From Mesotaenium endlicherianum (taxonomy: Eukaryota): a stretch of 41,219 bases of DNA. The DNA lies in assembly GCA_009602735.1 (NCBI GenBank), contig WELA01001939.1:860629-901847 (forward strand), written 5' to 3'. The position numbers and the translations under genes are program-made. Of this stretch, positions 10,183 through 22,888 are shown one piece after another (positions within the stretch are counted from its first letter, which is position 1; each line of letters starts with the position of its first letter). Below the pieces are notes generated by a model that was given only the letters and a program-made list of their open reading frames with translations, did not search any database and was not told the origin of the DNA.

Positions 10183-11428
10183 TGTAATGAATTAGTATAT
10201 TAGTAGATATAATATTCATTTAAATGTAATAGTTATTTAACTTCAGCCTACTGAACTTTAGTTATTAGTCAGTCTGCTAAAGTAAATCTTTAATATCAGT
10301 TTAATGACTCAGCCGGAAGCAGCAGGCTGAAGTCCATATAAGTCAGCTTGCTGACACATTCTTTGACAGCCAGCTGACTTCCGTACTCGGTAGCAGCGAA
10401 CTGCCTTGATATGCATCTAAGTACGATATGCTAAATGAATGGCCAGATGACATCCCTATGATGGATGGCTATTCGGGATGATGGGAGATGGCGGTGGATT
10501 TGGTTAACCGAGGTCCTACCAACGTGGTTAACTTCCGAGTAGGCGGTGCCATCGCACTGGCCGTTGAACAGTAAACTCATTCCATGTACATATTCTAGGC
10601 ATTGCTCTCGAGTTTGGCATTCGGAAACGAGGCCAACTGTAGTGAAACAGATAGATGAAGTACTTAGTGAAATATAATACTTTATCTATTCAAGACAAGG
10701 ATCTTTGAACACAAGTGGTAGCTTCTTGAAAGAGAGATGGCTTCTTGAAAGTTAATATATTTCTGGATTTTGGCAAGTACAAGAGTGATTCTGGAATGTC
10801 TTTCTATGTTCTAGCTCTTGTTTATATACTTGTTACATAAGTAATTTCTAGGAAAGTGTATGTTGATGTGTTGGCACCCAACACATCCCAAAACTTGCCA
10901 CCTCTTTCTAGAATAATGTACACATGTCCTTTTGACCTAAAAATGGCACATTTGACTTTTGCCACATGGAGTTCTTCTAGGTCTTTCCTCTAACTTCGAA
11001 AATGCCTTGGAAGGTTCAAAGGACATGAACCAAGTTACTAGAGTACCTATTCACACTTGACTCCACACAATACTACTCCAAATATATTTGAAAACATTAA
11101 AATATATGCAAACTAATATATAATAACTCAAATCACTACACCAACTCTCCTGTACAGCTTACTGAGAGAGATCTGAATCCAAGGCGAGAAGCCATTAATA
11201 CGCACTGTCTTCTAACCTTGCTTATGTATGAGTTTACTGATTTGCATTATTGATGCTAGTTTACTCGCATTTGACTTACTTCACTGCTAGTGCGCTGTCC
11301 TTTNTTCACTGCTAGTGTGTTGTCCTTTGCCGTTTAACCAGTTAACGAAAAATACCATAAGTATTACTTGCTGATATAAAGATCTTTATTAATTGTTAAT
11401 CGCCTATTTGGTAAGTCGATTCATTTCA
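10183..11428 (+). repeat. 3' LTR, interrupted by a solo LTR
   Basis: 10183-10637 and 11146-11428 align colinearly to the 5' LTR. Confidence 0.95.
10638..11140. mobile_element. Solo LTR of an unrelated LTR retrotransposon (503 bp)
   Basis: TGTAGTGA...TCACTACA 8-bp inverted termini, 5-bp TSD CCAAC (10633-10637, 11141-11145), absent from the 5' LTR, no ORF. Confidence 0.9.
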
Positions 11429-12343
11429 GTATGCTACCTGTGGGTACCTTTCTTAGTATGGCCGTGGAGGTCATCGATAGAGGCTTCACCTCACCTCATC
11501 TATTTGCACTACTAGCTAAGATGGGACATGCAGCCACAGGGACAACTGTCACAAATAGAAAGGACTATCCTGCTGGCATGTTGTTGATGAAGCCTAATTC
11601 TCACCCTCTAGGCCACTCTATAGCTGCATACAATGAGCATCCCTTATGGTTGCATGCACATGGAATGATAAGAGGTCTTGTGCATTTCTATCTACAGCAA
11701 AGGGGCTGGCTCCTAAGACTCAGGCTAGGCATGTTGGAAAGGAAAGAGTGTTACTACTAGCTCCTGAGTTAGTAGAACACTATAACTTGTACAAGGATGT
11801 AGCTAATCAATTTGATGCCATGTGTCTAGCTAGAAACTATAGCACTGAGAGGGTGCTAGTGAATAGGAAGTGGTGGCATAGTGTAAGGTCATAGTCCTTT
11901 CACATAGGGCCTATTGGGGAATCATTGATGGCTTGCTTGCAAATATGTTCATCTTGTACAAGATGGCACATCCCAACGAAGCCAAGTTCGACAATTACTT
12001 GGAGATCATGGATGCCATGTGCAACTACAGCCATCCCCATGATGAAGGCCCTAGCAAGGTGGTGACCAGGACTGCCTCAGCCCCAGCTGCTGCAGGTGCA
12101 AGGTGGACTCACAGACATTATCCTGCAATGGCGAAGGACAGGAAGCGAAGCGTAGTGTGTACAGCTGGCACTTTTGGGCATCGTGCATCTGGCTTGAGAG
12201 CTCCTAAGGTTCACTCCATGTGTGAGCCTTGCAATGTATATTTGTGCCCTTCTAAGTGCTTTCAGAGATATCACACAGAGAGGCAGATAGACCAACTTGA
12301 TGTTGGAGATAAGAGGGAGGCCCGGGATCAAGGGCGGAAGTAG
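11429..12343 (+). pseudogene. piggyBac-family transposase, 3' part with C-terminal Cys/His-rich domain
   Basis: Continues in frame from the 5' part once the retrotransposon and one TSD copy are removed: VSM|LPVG..IDRGFTSPHLF..GTTVTNRKDYP. Then MVACTWNDKR..FLST, VEHYN..FD, RKWW, and terminal CEPCNVYLCPSKCFQRYH. Several frameshifts/stops. Confidence 0.88.
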
Positions 12344-14184
12344 GCAATAACGCACAATTTGTCAATTTTACGAGACTGCTATTCTTTGCTATAACAATTT
12401 TATTTGCTGATTACTATGTCTATAAAGAAATGGTATGACTATGCTTGGCCGTCCTAAATTGAGTGCATTTTTTGTTTTGCTGAAAATAAAAATTTGCTCG
12501 TGTTTGCCCCTGAAATGTGCTGAAATGACTTATTGAATTCATAAACATAAACATTTTTTAAAACATTGCTATCTTATAATTTATAGTCTGAAATTTCATA
12601 TTCAAAGACCTTGTATTGAGCTTGATAGGGTATGTTTTGTGAAGCTGATAATACATTTCTTGTTGGGCCATGCAAAAAGCAATGGGCCAAATAAGACCCC
12701 CACTTCCCAAATGCTACAACTCCTAGGATATTAGGGGTATAAGTTTGAGATTTTATGAGCAAACTCCTTACCCATATAGGAAATTGTGGCAAAAATCAGA
12801 ATCTCTATGATTAGGTCCATTGGGTGTGGCAGTCACTCAAAATATGCAATTTTGTCGATTGTTTTTTGCAAAACAACTTTTAAATTTTTTCGGGCAGAAT
12901 AGAATTTCCTTTTAAAAAAAAACATAGTGACCTAGATTGTGATAGGACCTTCTATCTTCAAGAGACAAGTCATTTGAATCAATAATGAGCTTTGAAAAAA
13001 GGTTTTAGTGCAGGAAGTTGTTGGGCCAAAAAGCATACATTCCGTTGGGCTATCTAGTGTTGATAATTGTCCATTATTGTGCATACAATTAGCAGTGAGC
13101 AAAAGTTAGTCAAGAAATATGCGTGAAGCATAAGTGAAGCAGAGGGACCCTTTTGCCTTAAAATCTAACGCACAATCTTTGACTGTGCTGTGATGATGTG
13201 GGATGTGGAGATAGAAACCTATATTAGACCCACTTTTTTGTCCTACCCAGGTCAAATCGGGTTGACTCCCAAAGCTCTTTAAGTGGATCAATTTAGGTCG
13301 TTTTGTGACATGCACATTTTAGAGGTAGTTGAAGATTGTTGTCTCAAAATGGTTAAAGTACTCTACTCTACCAAGAGCTATGTCAACCTGTTTTACGGCA
13401 GATGTTTGGGGGGTTTAGGTTGGGCCATATACTATTGCAACAAAGAATCTCCTCAACTTTGTATCATCTTGAGTGGCTATCAACAACCGCTAGATTGTTA
13501 TACACGTACTTAGAACCCAATATTCTCTTTCCCTTTGTAATTTGGTTAAGGATGCGTCTTGATATGTCCTGCTATAGTTTAATAATATCTCATCGTAAGG
13601 TTAAAATTAGGCATGATGTGCGTTCTCATTGATGGAGTCACAATGTTATTGAGGAAATAGGAAATTTTTTTCTCCCGAGTCCAAATAAATCTGCAAGTGT
13701 TGAAAAGGCCATAATATGATTGGCAATAACGTACCATGCAAGAAGATGGTTGTCAATAAAAAATGAAAACCCTGAATGTATTTGTGCTTGACTAATACTT
13801 TACTTGTTTATACCTCGACTTGAAAGTCATGGATTTACGCACGATTACACATTCACATCCAAGGAGCGCAAGGAGGTGTGGCAGGCAACAGAATATATCT
13901 TTTTGTTTCCACAATGCATAAGCTTATTAAAAACTTTGGAGTGACGCACATGCGAGCAAGAGTTTGAATTAATCTAGTGCATAAAGTGTTACGACGTGGA
14001 ACGATAAATGTATAGGTCACGAGAAGACCTTGCTAGAAATTGGTGAATACTAAGTAAGCTGTCTGCACTTTCACTATGATGCCTCCAACAATGAATGTAA
14101 CAAAAGAACAAATGTACCTCCGCAAAGATATGACATTTTCCGCACGTCCTGTCTTCCCCTTGTACATAATATTTCTTACAGCTG

Positions 14185-16011
14185 CTACCTACGAACCCCT
14201 GACTTTTGAAAACGCAAGGCAATATAGCAAATTAATTTGTATATGATGATGAAGGCGATGATAATGCCCACGTCCATCCACTTGTTGTTGGAAGCAAGCT
14301 TTTGATCCTCCAAAATCTGTGCAAAGTAAGTGAAAAGACGAGTCGTAATTCAACATCAATCGGATGCCGCACTCGTCCATCCTCAAAAAACGGGCAACAA
14401 CAATCTCTATGCACACATCTTGTTAGCTCCTATTATATAAACACTCATGCGAATAGAAGCAACCTTGTCAACTGTATGGGAGGGTGTTATGAACGGACAA
14501 AGGAACAATCTCTAAAGCCACAAAATAAGACCACTAAGCTGATAGATTGCGTCCTGCATGTCTCTTTGGATAGGACACAAAACCAGAATTGGGGTATCTT
14601 CCAATCCAAATAAGAAACACACAACAAAGAAAAGACTCATCTCCTTGGGAACTTTTTTTCACACCTATCACCAGCAATGCCCTGTGCTGGTTATGCCCCA
14701 AATCTACCTCTCAAGTACCAAAATTCCATGTCTATGCAAAATAAGATAGTGCATGCATGCGTGTAGGTTTGCATGTGTTCGTATATTCAGTGAAAGAGTG
14801 AGGGGGGAACAGATAGAGACAACTGTATACATAGATATCCAAGAAAAACAGAACACTGATAGAGGAGACCTTATGATAAGAGAAGAGCGGAAAAGGCGAT
14901 GAGAGGCGAGGCAAGGAATAGACAAGGGGAGAGGGCATGAGGGGCCAAGGGGGCCGACTCACCTGCTGGCCCGTGTGGGGGCAGAGCATGGAGCCATCGG
15001 GCATCTGCGCGAGGGGCGCAAAGCACGCGGTGCGGCGGGAGCCGTACTCGTTGACAAGCAGCGCGTCAAAGGGGTACTTGAAAATGGAGAGGTAGTGCAT
15101 CCAGATCCAGTATCTTGGTATGTACTGCACTCCGCGCGCCCCCAATCAGTGGAGTGCCCGCCCCCAGTCAGTATGTCAGCAAGTCAGTCACTGAGACAGT
15201 CGTTCAGTCAGTCAGTCAGGCAGTCAGTCAGTCACGTTGCCAGTCAATCAGTCGGTCCGTCACTTGCGAGTTACAACCACAGCCGCAAGCGTGCTCTCTC
15301 TGTATGTTTGTGTGTGTGTGTGGGGGGGGAGGGGGGGGGTATGTTCATATGCAATCTGTGGATATATGTGCATGCATGAGTTACAAGGACGCCTACAACT
15401 CCCTTGTCAGATGTTTGCACACGTGAGTGTATGCATGTATGCATGACAATTGGCAGTAGGGCACTCGTGGACTCTGAATGAGAATTCAGGGACGAACAGA
15501 ATGATTTGAAACCATGTAACACTACTAGTCCTCCTGACAAATCTCCTGCAGCTCCTACACTTACCTTATACATCCAACTCAAAGTCCAACGCTGACTTTT
15601 TAGCAGATCAAGCACTGGGTGACTGGGACAACAAAGGGCATCTGGGGTTCAACCACTTTAGGCATTACGGTCTTAAGCCATGCTGAGCAGGACATCCTGG
15701 GGGGGGGAGGGGGGGGGAGAGGGGGGGTTTTGGGTTCATTGCACCTTCTTGGCAATGAAGTAGCCAGAAAAGAGGAAGTGGGCGCCCATGACACCAGCGA
15801 TCATGGAGTTGCCCGTGATGTAGTCGGGAGCCACCGCTCTGTACCTCCCATACAGTTGCACACACACATGCAACAATGTCCATGTTCAAACACACGCAGA
15901 CACACACGCGCTCACACACAGAGAGACTATGTACACACAACCATGCACATGCACACGGGCGCGCGTGCCCCCCCCCCCCACACACACACACAAAGAGACG
16001 CACGAGCACAG

Positions 16012-16091
<80 letters not shown>

Positions 16092-19000
16092 TCATGCGTG
16101 CGCACAGACACACATGCATACACACATGCGCAAATGCTCAAGTCCTTAAGATATGACATGGATGCGCAACTGGAATGAATGTATACTGCTCAAAAGAAGG
16201 CATTTGGGCTTCCAGATATGTTCTGTGCCTGCTTGCCGATACTTCGACGTCAAGACCCTTCGAGGCAATACTTTGAGGTCTTATGTGATCCATCTCTCGC
16301 AAGAAGCACAAGGGAAGATGAAGAATCCTATTGGCTGCTCTTGTTAGATAAGTTGAAGATGCAGAGAAAGAAACCCCACCGGCCAAGCGTCTGATAGTTG
16401 CTATGCTCACAAGAGAAAAAGCTTCACGGCATGACTTCAGTACGCCGGGGAGCTTCATCCAGCAGACAGCCCCCCTTTCCTCGGCTGGAGAAAGGTGTGA
16501 TTGCAGAGCCAGGAGAGCAGGAGAGCAGGAACGCAGGAGAAGCAGGAACAGCAGCAGCAGCACCACCACTGTGGCCAACAGCAGCACCAGCATAAATATC
16601 ATCAGCAGCAGCAGTGAGGGGCGGGAGGAAGGAGGAAGTAGATGACAGGAAGGGAGGACGGTCGGAGAGAGGAGGGAGGAGGGAGAGAGGGAGGGAGGCA
16701 GGGAGGGAGGGAGGGAGGGAGGGAGCGAGGGCTGACGCGAAGGCGGAGACTATGGCGTTGGCGAGGATGAGCGTGAGCCACACCACCAGCAGGAAGAAGA
16801 GGAAACTGCCGACGTTGGGTGCCAGGCCCACCAGCCAGTAGGCAGGGCACGCGAACATCACGGCCATGGCCAGCAGGAACGGGAAGAACACCACGGTGCT
16901 GCACGCCAACTCCCACACACACATGCACGCACGCACGCATGCACGCCGCGTGCACGCACATGAGTACGCATGCACACAAGCACGCAAGCACGCACGCACG
17001 CACACACGCATGCAGAGGCATGCATGCTTACACAACCTCGCACACATGCACGCACGCTCTCACATGAGTGCGCGCGTGCATACATCCACGCACACACGCA
17101 CGCAGGTTCACACACGCGCATGCAGGCACGCGCGCATGCCACGTGGCAAAAGACCAACGTGTCGAAAAGGATCAGCATAGCGCTCTGCTATAGACTGATC
17201 CGTTATTGCGGACACGTCCGAGCATCCGTCTATCGCACCACATCTGATTTGCCTTTGTGCCTTGTGTTGAGTGGTCAACGCTCACCCGCAAATGTGCGTG
17301 ACTGCTGGTCACATCACACACTTCATATATACCCCGACAAATCACCATCTTCAATGCAGACACATTCGAGGTGTCGAGACCAAATCCACCTCCAGCAGAT
17401 GTGCAGCAGATATGTACGAGAGGGCACACAAGCCACACTTGCGGAGCAAATCACGGAGGAGAGAACATTGCAAAGCTTGACGCTGCGAATAGCAGACTTT
17501 GACACAGATTCCGATACTCGACCCAAGCAGCAGCTGCCACGAGCCGCCAGGTGGCGCCAGGGGAGAATCGCCAAAGTATGCCAGTTGTGAGCAGGCAGTT
17601 GCTGATGCCAGGTGTCAGAGAAGGAGAGGGGGAAGGGGCCCAGTGTCAGGCATACAAGGGCGGCCACCTCTCCTCCCGCGACGTGACCGGCAGAAAGTCA
17701 TATAGCTCAGCACCCCCTTTGGGGTGGGGGGCTCACCTGGCAAAGAGATAGGACGACATGCGGTAGGCGCCACGTGTTGTCTCCCGAATGAGAATGTGGC
17801 GCTCCTGTGAAAAAGAGACACACCAGGTGGCGTCACTGCATTGCACGCTGAGGATGAAGAGCTCGAGCAAAGCTGAGCAACAGCTCAGCAAGAAGCTCCT
17901 ATGGAGCAGACCACGTGCAATCGTATGCTGCCACGTGCTCCACTAAGTGTATAGACACGTGATGCAGTGACACCTGGGGTGCTCACATGCACCAGACATG
18001 TAATGCGCTGACACTTGGTAGATGGAGACATACTGCGACCGTATACGCCAGGCACACAGTCCACGACAAACGGGGAATGAGACAGATGGCATGCTCGTGT
18101 GCCCTCAAGCCTGCATGCCCTGCTGGAGGCCTTCAAGGCGCCACCTAGCTTGCAAAAGGTGGAGTACTCCCTTTGCTCTGGCAACCATCTCGAAAGTGCA
18201 GGCAGAAGAAAGAGATGTGATCAAGCAGAGGTGTATGCAATCACTCCCTTCCTTCTCACACAGCCAGACACACACACACACACACACACACATACACCTC
18301 CCCCCACCCTCCCAACACACGCACCAGAGAGAGACAGGCGCACGCACACTGCTGTTGCAGGTCTCTAGATCTGTGCCAAGTAGAAGACTGAGCCACACCT
18401 GGAGGAAGATGGGCAGGGCCTCCACAGACGACGTGAGAAGGAAGGCCAGAGTGAATGCCAGGAACCCCAGCCGCTCCTGCAGGGGGCGTGCTTGTGCACA
18501 CAACACGCAGTCAGTCAGTCAGTCAGTCAGCCAGTCAGCCAATGAGTCTGCCGGTCACTCGATCATTTTTCACGCACAGGTACCTTGCACTGTGAAGGGT
18601 AGGTCGCCAGTTTTGGTTATGTTGTTGGGTTGCGTGTGTGGAGAAAGTGAGCACGCAATCAGGCACCTGGTGTACACCCCCTACTGCCGCACTCCAAGGG
18701 AAGACGAAACGACTTGGAGAAAGTGTGCATTCAAGCAAGGCAGAGGATGCACCACCACAGCCGACCTGGCTGATCACTAAAATCCACGTGCTTCTCCTGG
18801 ACTCAACAAAGTGAGGAACCGACTGACCAACCAACCGACCGACTGACCAACTGGCCAGCGGACCAACCGGCCTACCGACTGACTGCAGCTGGCCAGCTGG
18901 CCAGAAGGCTGCCTGGCTCAGCAGAGCTGGCTGACCCATCTATTCTCCTCTCGGGCTTGGCCGAAGGAGGGGACTGAAAGACCCACCATCCGGCTGCCCG

Positions 19001-19694
19001 ACAGCCCGACTGGCGACCAGCAGCCATCCGACTGACCGACAGCCCGAGTCGCCCGACTGACAACTGGCTGGCTGAATCGGGTGACTTATAATGTAGGGGT
19101 AACTTTTAGCAAGCGAGGGGGCACGCGCACCTGGATGCCCTTGACGTCGTCGCCCACCCGCAGGAAGAGCGTGCCCAGGCACATGGCGCACACCAGCATC
19201 TGCGCAGCGCGCCCGTTGAACAGCTCCTTGGTGCGGAAGATGTTCTGCCAGGCGCCGCAGCCGTGCACGCACACATACAGACACACGCACACGCACACGC
19301 ACACGCGCATGCGCACATGCGCGAGCACACGCGTACACACACCCACACACAAAAAAATAAAAAAACACACACACACACACACGTGCACGCACACACAAAC
19401 GCAGCCCATGGGATGGGGCCCGAAGTGGGGGTTGTCAGGGACAGGGTGCCGGGGCTGGGGCCAGAAGCCAGAGGCTGGTGTGTGGGACCACGGCTGGTGC
19501 CACATGTGCTTGGCATCTTTGGGGACGGCTTTGCCTTTGAGAGCAGTGGCAGATGTGGAGATGCACGCCAAGTCAGAAGAAGCCGCCGCCAGCAGCAGCA
19601 GAAGCAGCGGCAGCAGGAGGCCTCAACTGCTGCATCAGTTGTGTGCAAGAGAAGCAGAGCAGAGGGAAGGCGCGGGAGAAAACCTCAAGGGGCT

Positions 19695-19733
<39 letters not shown>

Positions 19734-22700
19734 CAATCACCAAGAGTCGAAGTGGGAGAGAGATGTGCAGATGGGCTGTTCAGGTGGGCTCCTACTGCAT
19801 TTCCTTCCTCACATCACAGGCTGGTGCATAAATATAGCGGTGGCAATGGAAGGGCCAGCAAGACTTCCTGTTTTCAGAGCGTATCATAAGCAGGGGTGAG
19901 TCAGGCTGCGAGTTGTCAACTATTTGTAATTCTTCCTCCCTTCAGGGAAAATGGACGGCTTGGAAGGTGGAGTTTCAGGAAGAGAGAGAGAGGAACGTTC
20001 GGACTTCGAAGCAGGTCAGACAGTTACGATGCAATGAATCATCTGGGGAACATAGGCTTCTGTCTTATTGGTGTAAGATAAAGGACAAGCAGGCTGGTAA
20101 GAGGAAGGGCGCAAGAGAAACAGGCTGTCAACGGCAGTTGACTAAGAGACTCAACAAAGGTCAACGGGGGTCAAATTGGGGGATTAATGCCCTCACCTTG
20201 TAGTATCGGCTGGCGAGGGTCCACGCTTCAATAGGCCGACAGTTGGCGTACCCATTGGGAGCTTGCACAATGTCGCTGGCGGGCGGCAGCGGGGCCGATT
20301 CGATGTCCACCTGTCGCCTGGGCGAGAGGGGCGCCAGCACAGCCGCCTGGAAGCGCCTAGAGAGAGAGCTGGGGGAAGCGGGAGGGGGGGCTTTGACGTG
20401 CTTGCCAGGCCTCTTCCTCTGCTCCCCACCAGTAGGCACACGGAAGAAACACCTCCAAACTTTTCAGTTGGCTTGTCAGTCTGCTTCTGGTGTGCGTTTC
20501 TACAACCCACCCTATACGCTCACACCCGTGCGGCACCCTTACACGTCTGCGCTCGGTTGGTGACCGCCGTATCAGAGCAAATACTTGTCATCAGTGACTG
20601 CGATAAGAAGAAAAGCACAATGATGACGTGACATTGTTACGGGCATTGCCGTCAGGAAATTTCTCCTTCCTTCTCTTTGCGCACATTCTCGTCACACCAG
20701 GCAGGCAGGGGGGAAGGGAGAAGCAGCAAAGTTAGACCAAGAGTGAAAGGAGAAACCCTCAGGACGTCTGAGTGGAACGAGCTTCGTCGTTACACGGGGC
20801 CTGCCGGAGTTGCCAGCTGGTGCTCCAGCCTCCGCACATGTGACATGCAACACGCACACGAGGTTGAAGCAGCACAGGTGTTGACACGCAGGGTCACGCA
20901 TGCACGCGCACCCATGCTCGCGCCTGCGTGCACGTGAACACACACGCTCACGCGTATACGTGCACACTCTCAAGGTGGGCGCACAGGCTCATGCATGCAC
21001 GCGCACGAAAACTCAGGCACGTACGCACGCTCGCGCATGCACGCGCACACACTAAGGCATGTTACACACGCTCATGCACGCACATGCACCCGCTCAGGCG
21101 CGCATGCACGTCTGTGGCGGGCTGGGCGTAGGCGCTCACCCGGGTGTCGAGCGTGTCGATGGTGTACTCGAGCGCGTTGACGTGGGGGGGGATCTCGAGG
21201 CCCACAGCGCGCAGGCGCTGCACGAGGTCGTGCAGGCTGCCGTGGTGCACCACCGCGCCATGCGCCAGCACCAGCAGCCGGTGGAACAGCTCCAGGATGC
21301 GGAAGCTTGGCTGCACGTTTCCCACCCACCCGCCCACGCCCGGCCGCCCACGCCCGCCCGCACGCCAGCCCATGCCCCCCAACTAGGTTTAGCCAGCCAG
21401 TCATTCGCACACCAACCGCACGCTCGCAAGCCAACCGCACGCTCGCAAGCCAACCGCCCACCGCAAGCTGATGCCAACACGCCAGCCCGCCAGCCTGCCA
21501 GCATGCCCACGGATATCAAAAAGGCCTGCCCGCCTGGCCCAGAGGGGTCAGGACTCGAGCATGCAGGTGCATGTATGTGCGTCACACACAGGATGACGAT
21601 GGGAAAGAAAGAGGCGTGGCAGTGACAAGCGTTATCTTGCCATGCAGGTGCATGTGCGTCGCAGGTGACAATGGGTAAGAGTGGCGGCAGTGGCAGGAGA
21701 TGGAGTGGCAGGCGATACAGGTGACGGGTGGCGGCAGGAGGCAGGCGATGTGTGACGGTAGGTGATATGCGGCGGCGGCAAGGGACAAGTGACAAGTCAG
21801 CGATGGCAAGAAGCAAGGGATGGCAGGAGATGAGTGGCGATGGCAGCGGTGGCAAGTGACGGATGATGCTGACGGCAGGCCGATGAGCGACAAGCAAGAG
21901 GTGGAAGGCCGCAGGTATGACCAGTGCCAGCCAGGAAAGGAGGTCATTGGAGGCGCGGAGAGACCGCAAGAAAGGGCGCAAAAACACACACGCGAGCCCC
22001 AACTGGCCGCTGGCAGCTGGCGCCCTCGCGCCTCTCGCGCCGCCGCAACTGCGATGGCGACAGCAGCAACATAAGCGGCAGCACCGGCAGCAAAAGAGGC
22101 GGCCGGCGGCCGGCGGCGGGCGGGGTGTGGTGGTGGGCAGCGGGCGGCCAGGGGGTGCGGCGGTGGTCTGCGGCGGCGGCACCTGGTGGATGGAGAGGAT
22201 GACAGTGCGGCGGCCCTTGACGGCCATGCTCTGCAGGATCTCCGACACGTTAAGCGCGGCGCTGCTGTCCAGCCCCGAGGTCGGCTCGTCCAGCAGCAGC
22301 ACGGCGGGGTCGTGGATGAGGTCCACGCCAATGGACACGCGCCGCCGCTCGCCGCCCGACACGCCGCGCGCCTCCGCGCTGCCGATGCGCGTCCCGGCCA
22401 CGTCCTGCACGCACGCCAGCACGCCAGCGCGCAAGCACAGTGCACAGTGCACAGGGCACAGGGCACAGGGGCATGTACACGGGAGCGCGTGAGCAAGAAT
22501 ACAGGCCAGAGGCAGAGTTGACTGCGGTCAATAGCGGTCAACTGAGGTCGTTGGGTGGGGCGTCGTTGCCTGGTGGGCCTTTCTTCCCCGATGGCCCCAT
22601 GACTGATTAAGTACGGCCTCAGGTTGAGGAGCCATTATTTTGTGTGGGCTCTTAAGAGGAGGGGCCTGGCGGGACCTGCAGGCCGAGCTCGAGGAGGAGC

Positions 22701-22847
22701 TCATCCACGCGCTCGCGCTTCTCGCGCATGCTCATGTCGCCCGGCAGGCGCAGGCGTGCGCTGTACAGCAGCGTCTCGCGCACCGTCAGCATCGGGAACA
22801 GCGCGTCGTCCTGCATCACGTATCCTGCGGGGGGCGCAGGGTCACCC

Positions 22848-22888
<41 letters not shown>

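Larger units (their letters stand above)
1162..11428 (+). mobile_element. Full-length Ty3/Gypsy LTR retrotransposon (chromovirus), coding-defective
   Basis: Two TG...CA LTRs and a 5-bp TSD GTATG (1157-1161 and 11429-11433). Internal order is PBS, gag, PR-RT-RH-INT-chromodomain, PPT. Confidence 0.97.

Noticed and set aside
11280..11328. ~24-bp tandem duplication in the 3' LTR
   Set aside because: Copies are joined by a single N (11304) and the 5' LTR has one copy; likely an assembly join artefact.
12344..13610. Right terminus of the piggyBac element (candidates ..ATGG|TTAA ~13353 and ..TAAGG|TTAA ~13601)
   Set aside because: The left TIR is not identifiable in the window, so no end can be confirmed.
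15619..16178. His/Thr- or Cys/Val-repeat ORFs (also 28765-29383, 29531-29877, 30565-30916, 38083-38601)
   Set aside because: Translations of (CA)n/(TG)n/(GTAT)n intronic microsatellites.
19081..19899. Long + strand ORFs antisense to ABCG (also 21059-21625, 25506-25976)
   Set aside because: Shadows of GC-rich exons plus simple repeats; no recognisable protein.
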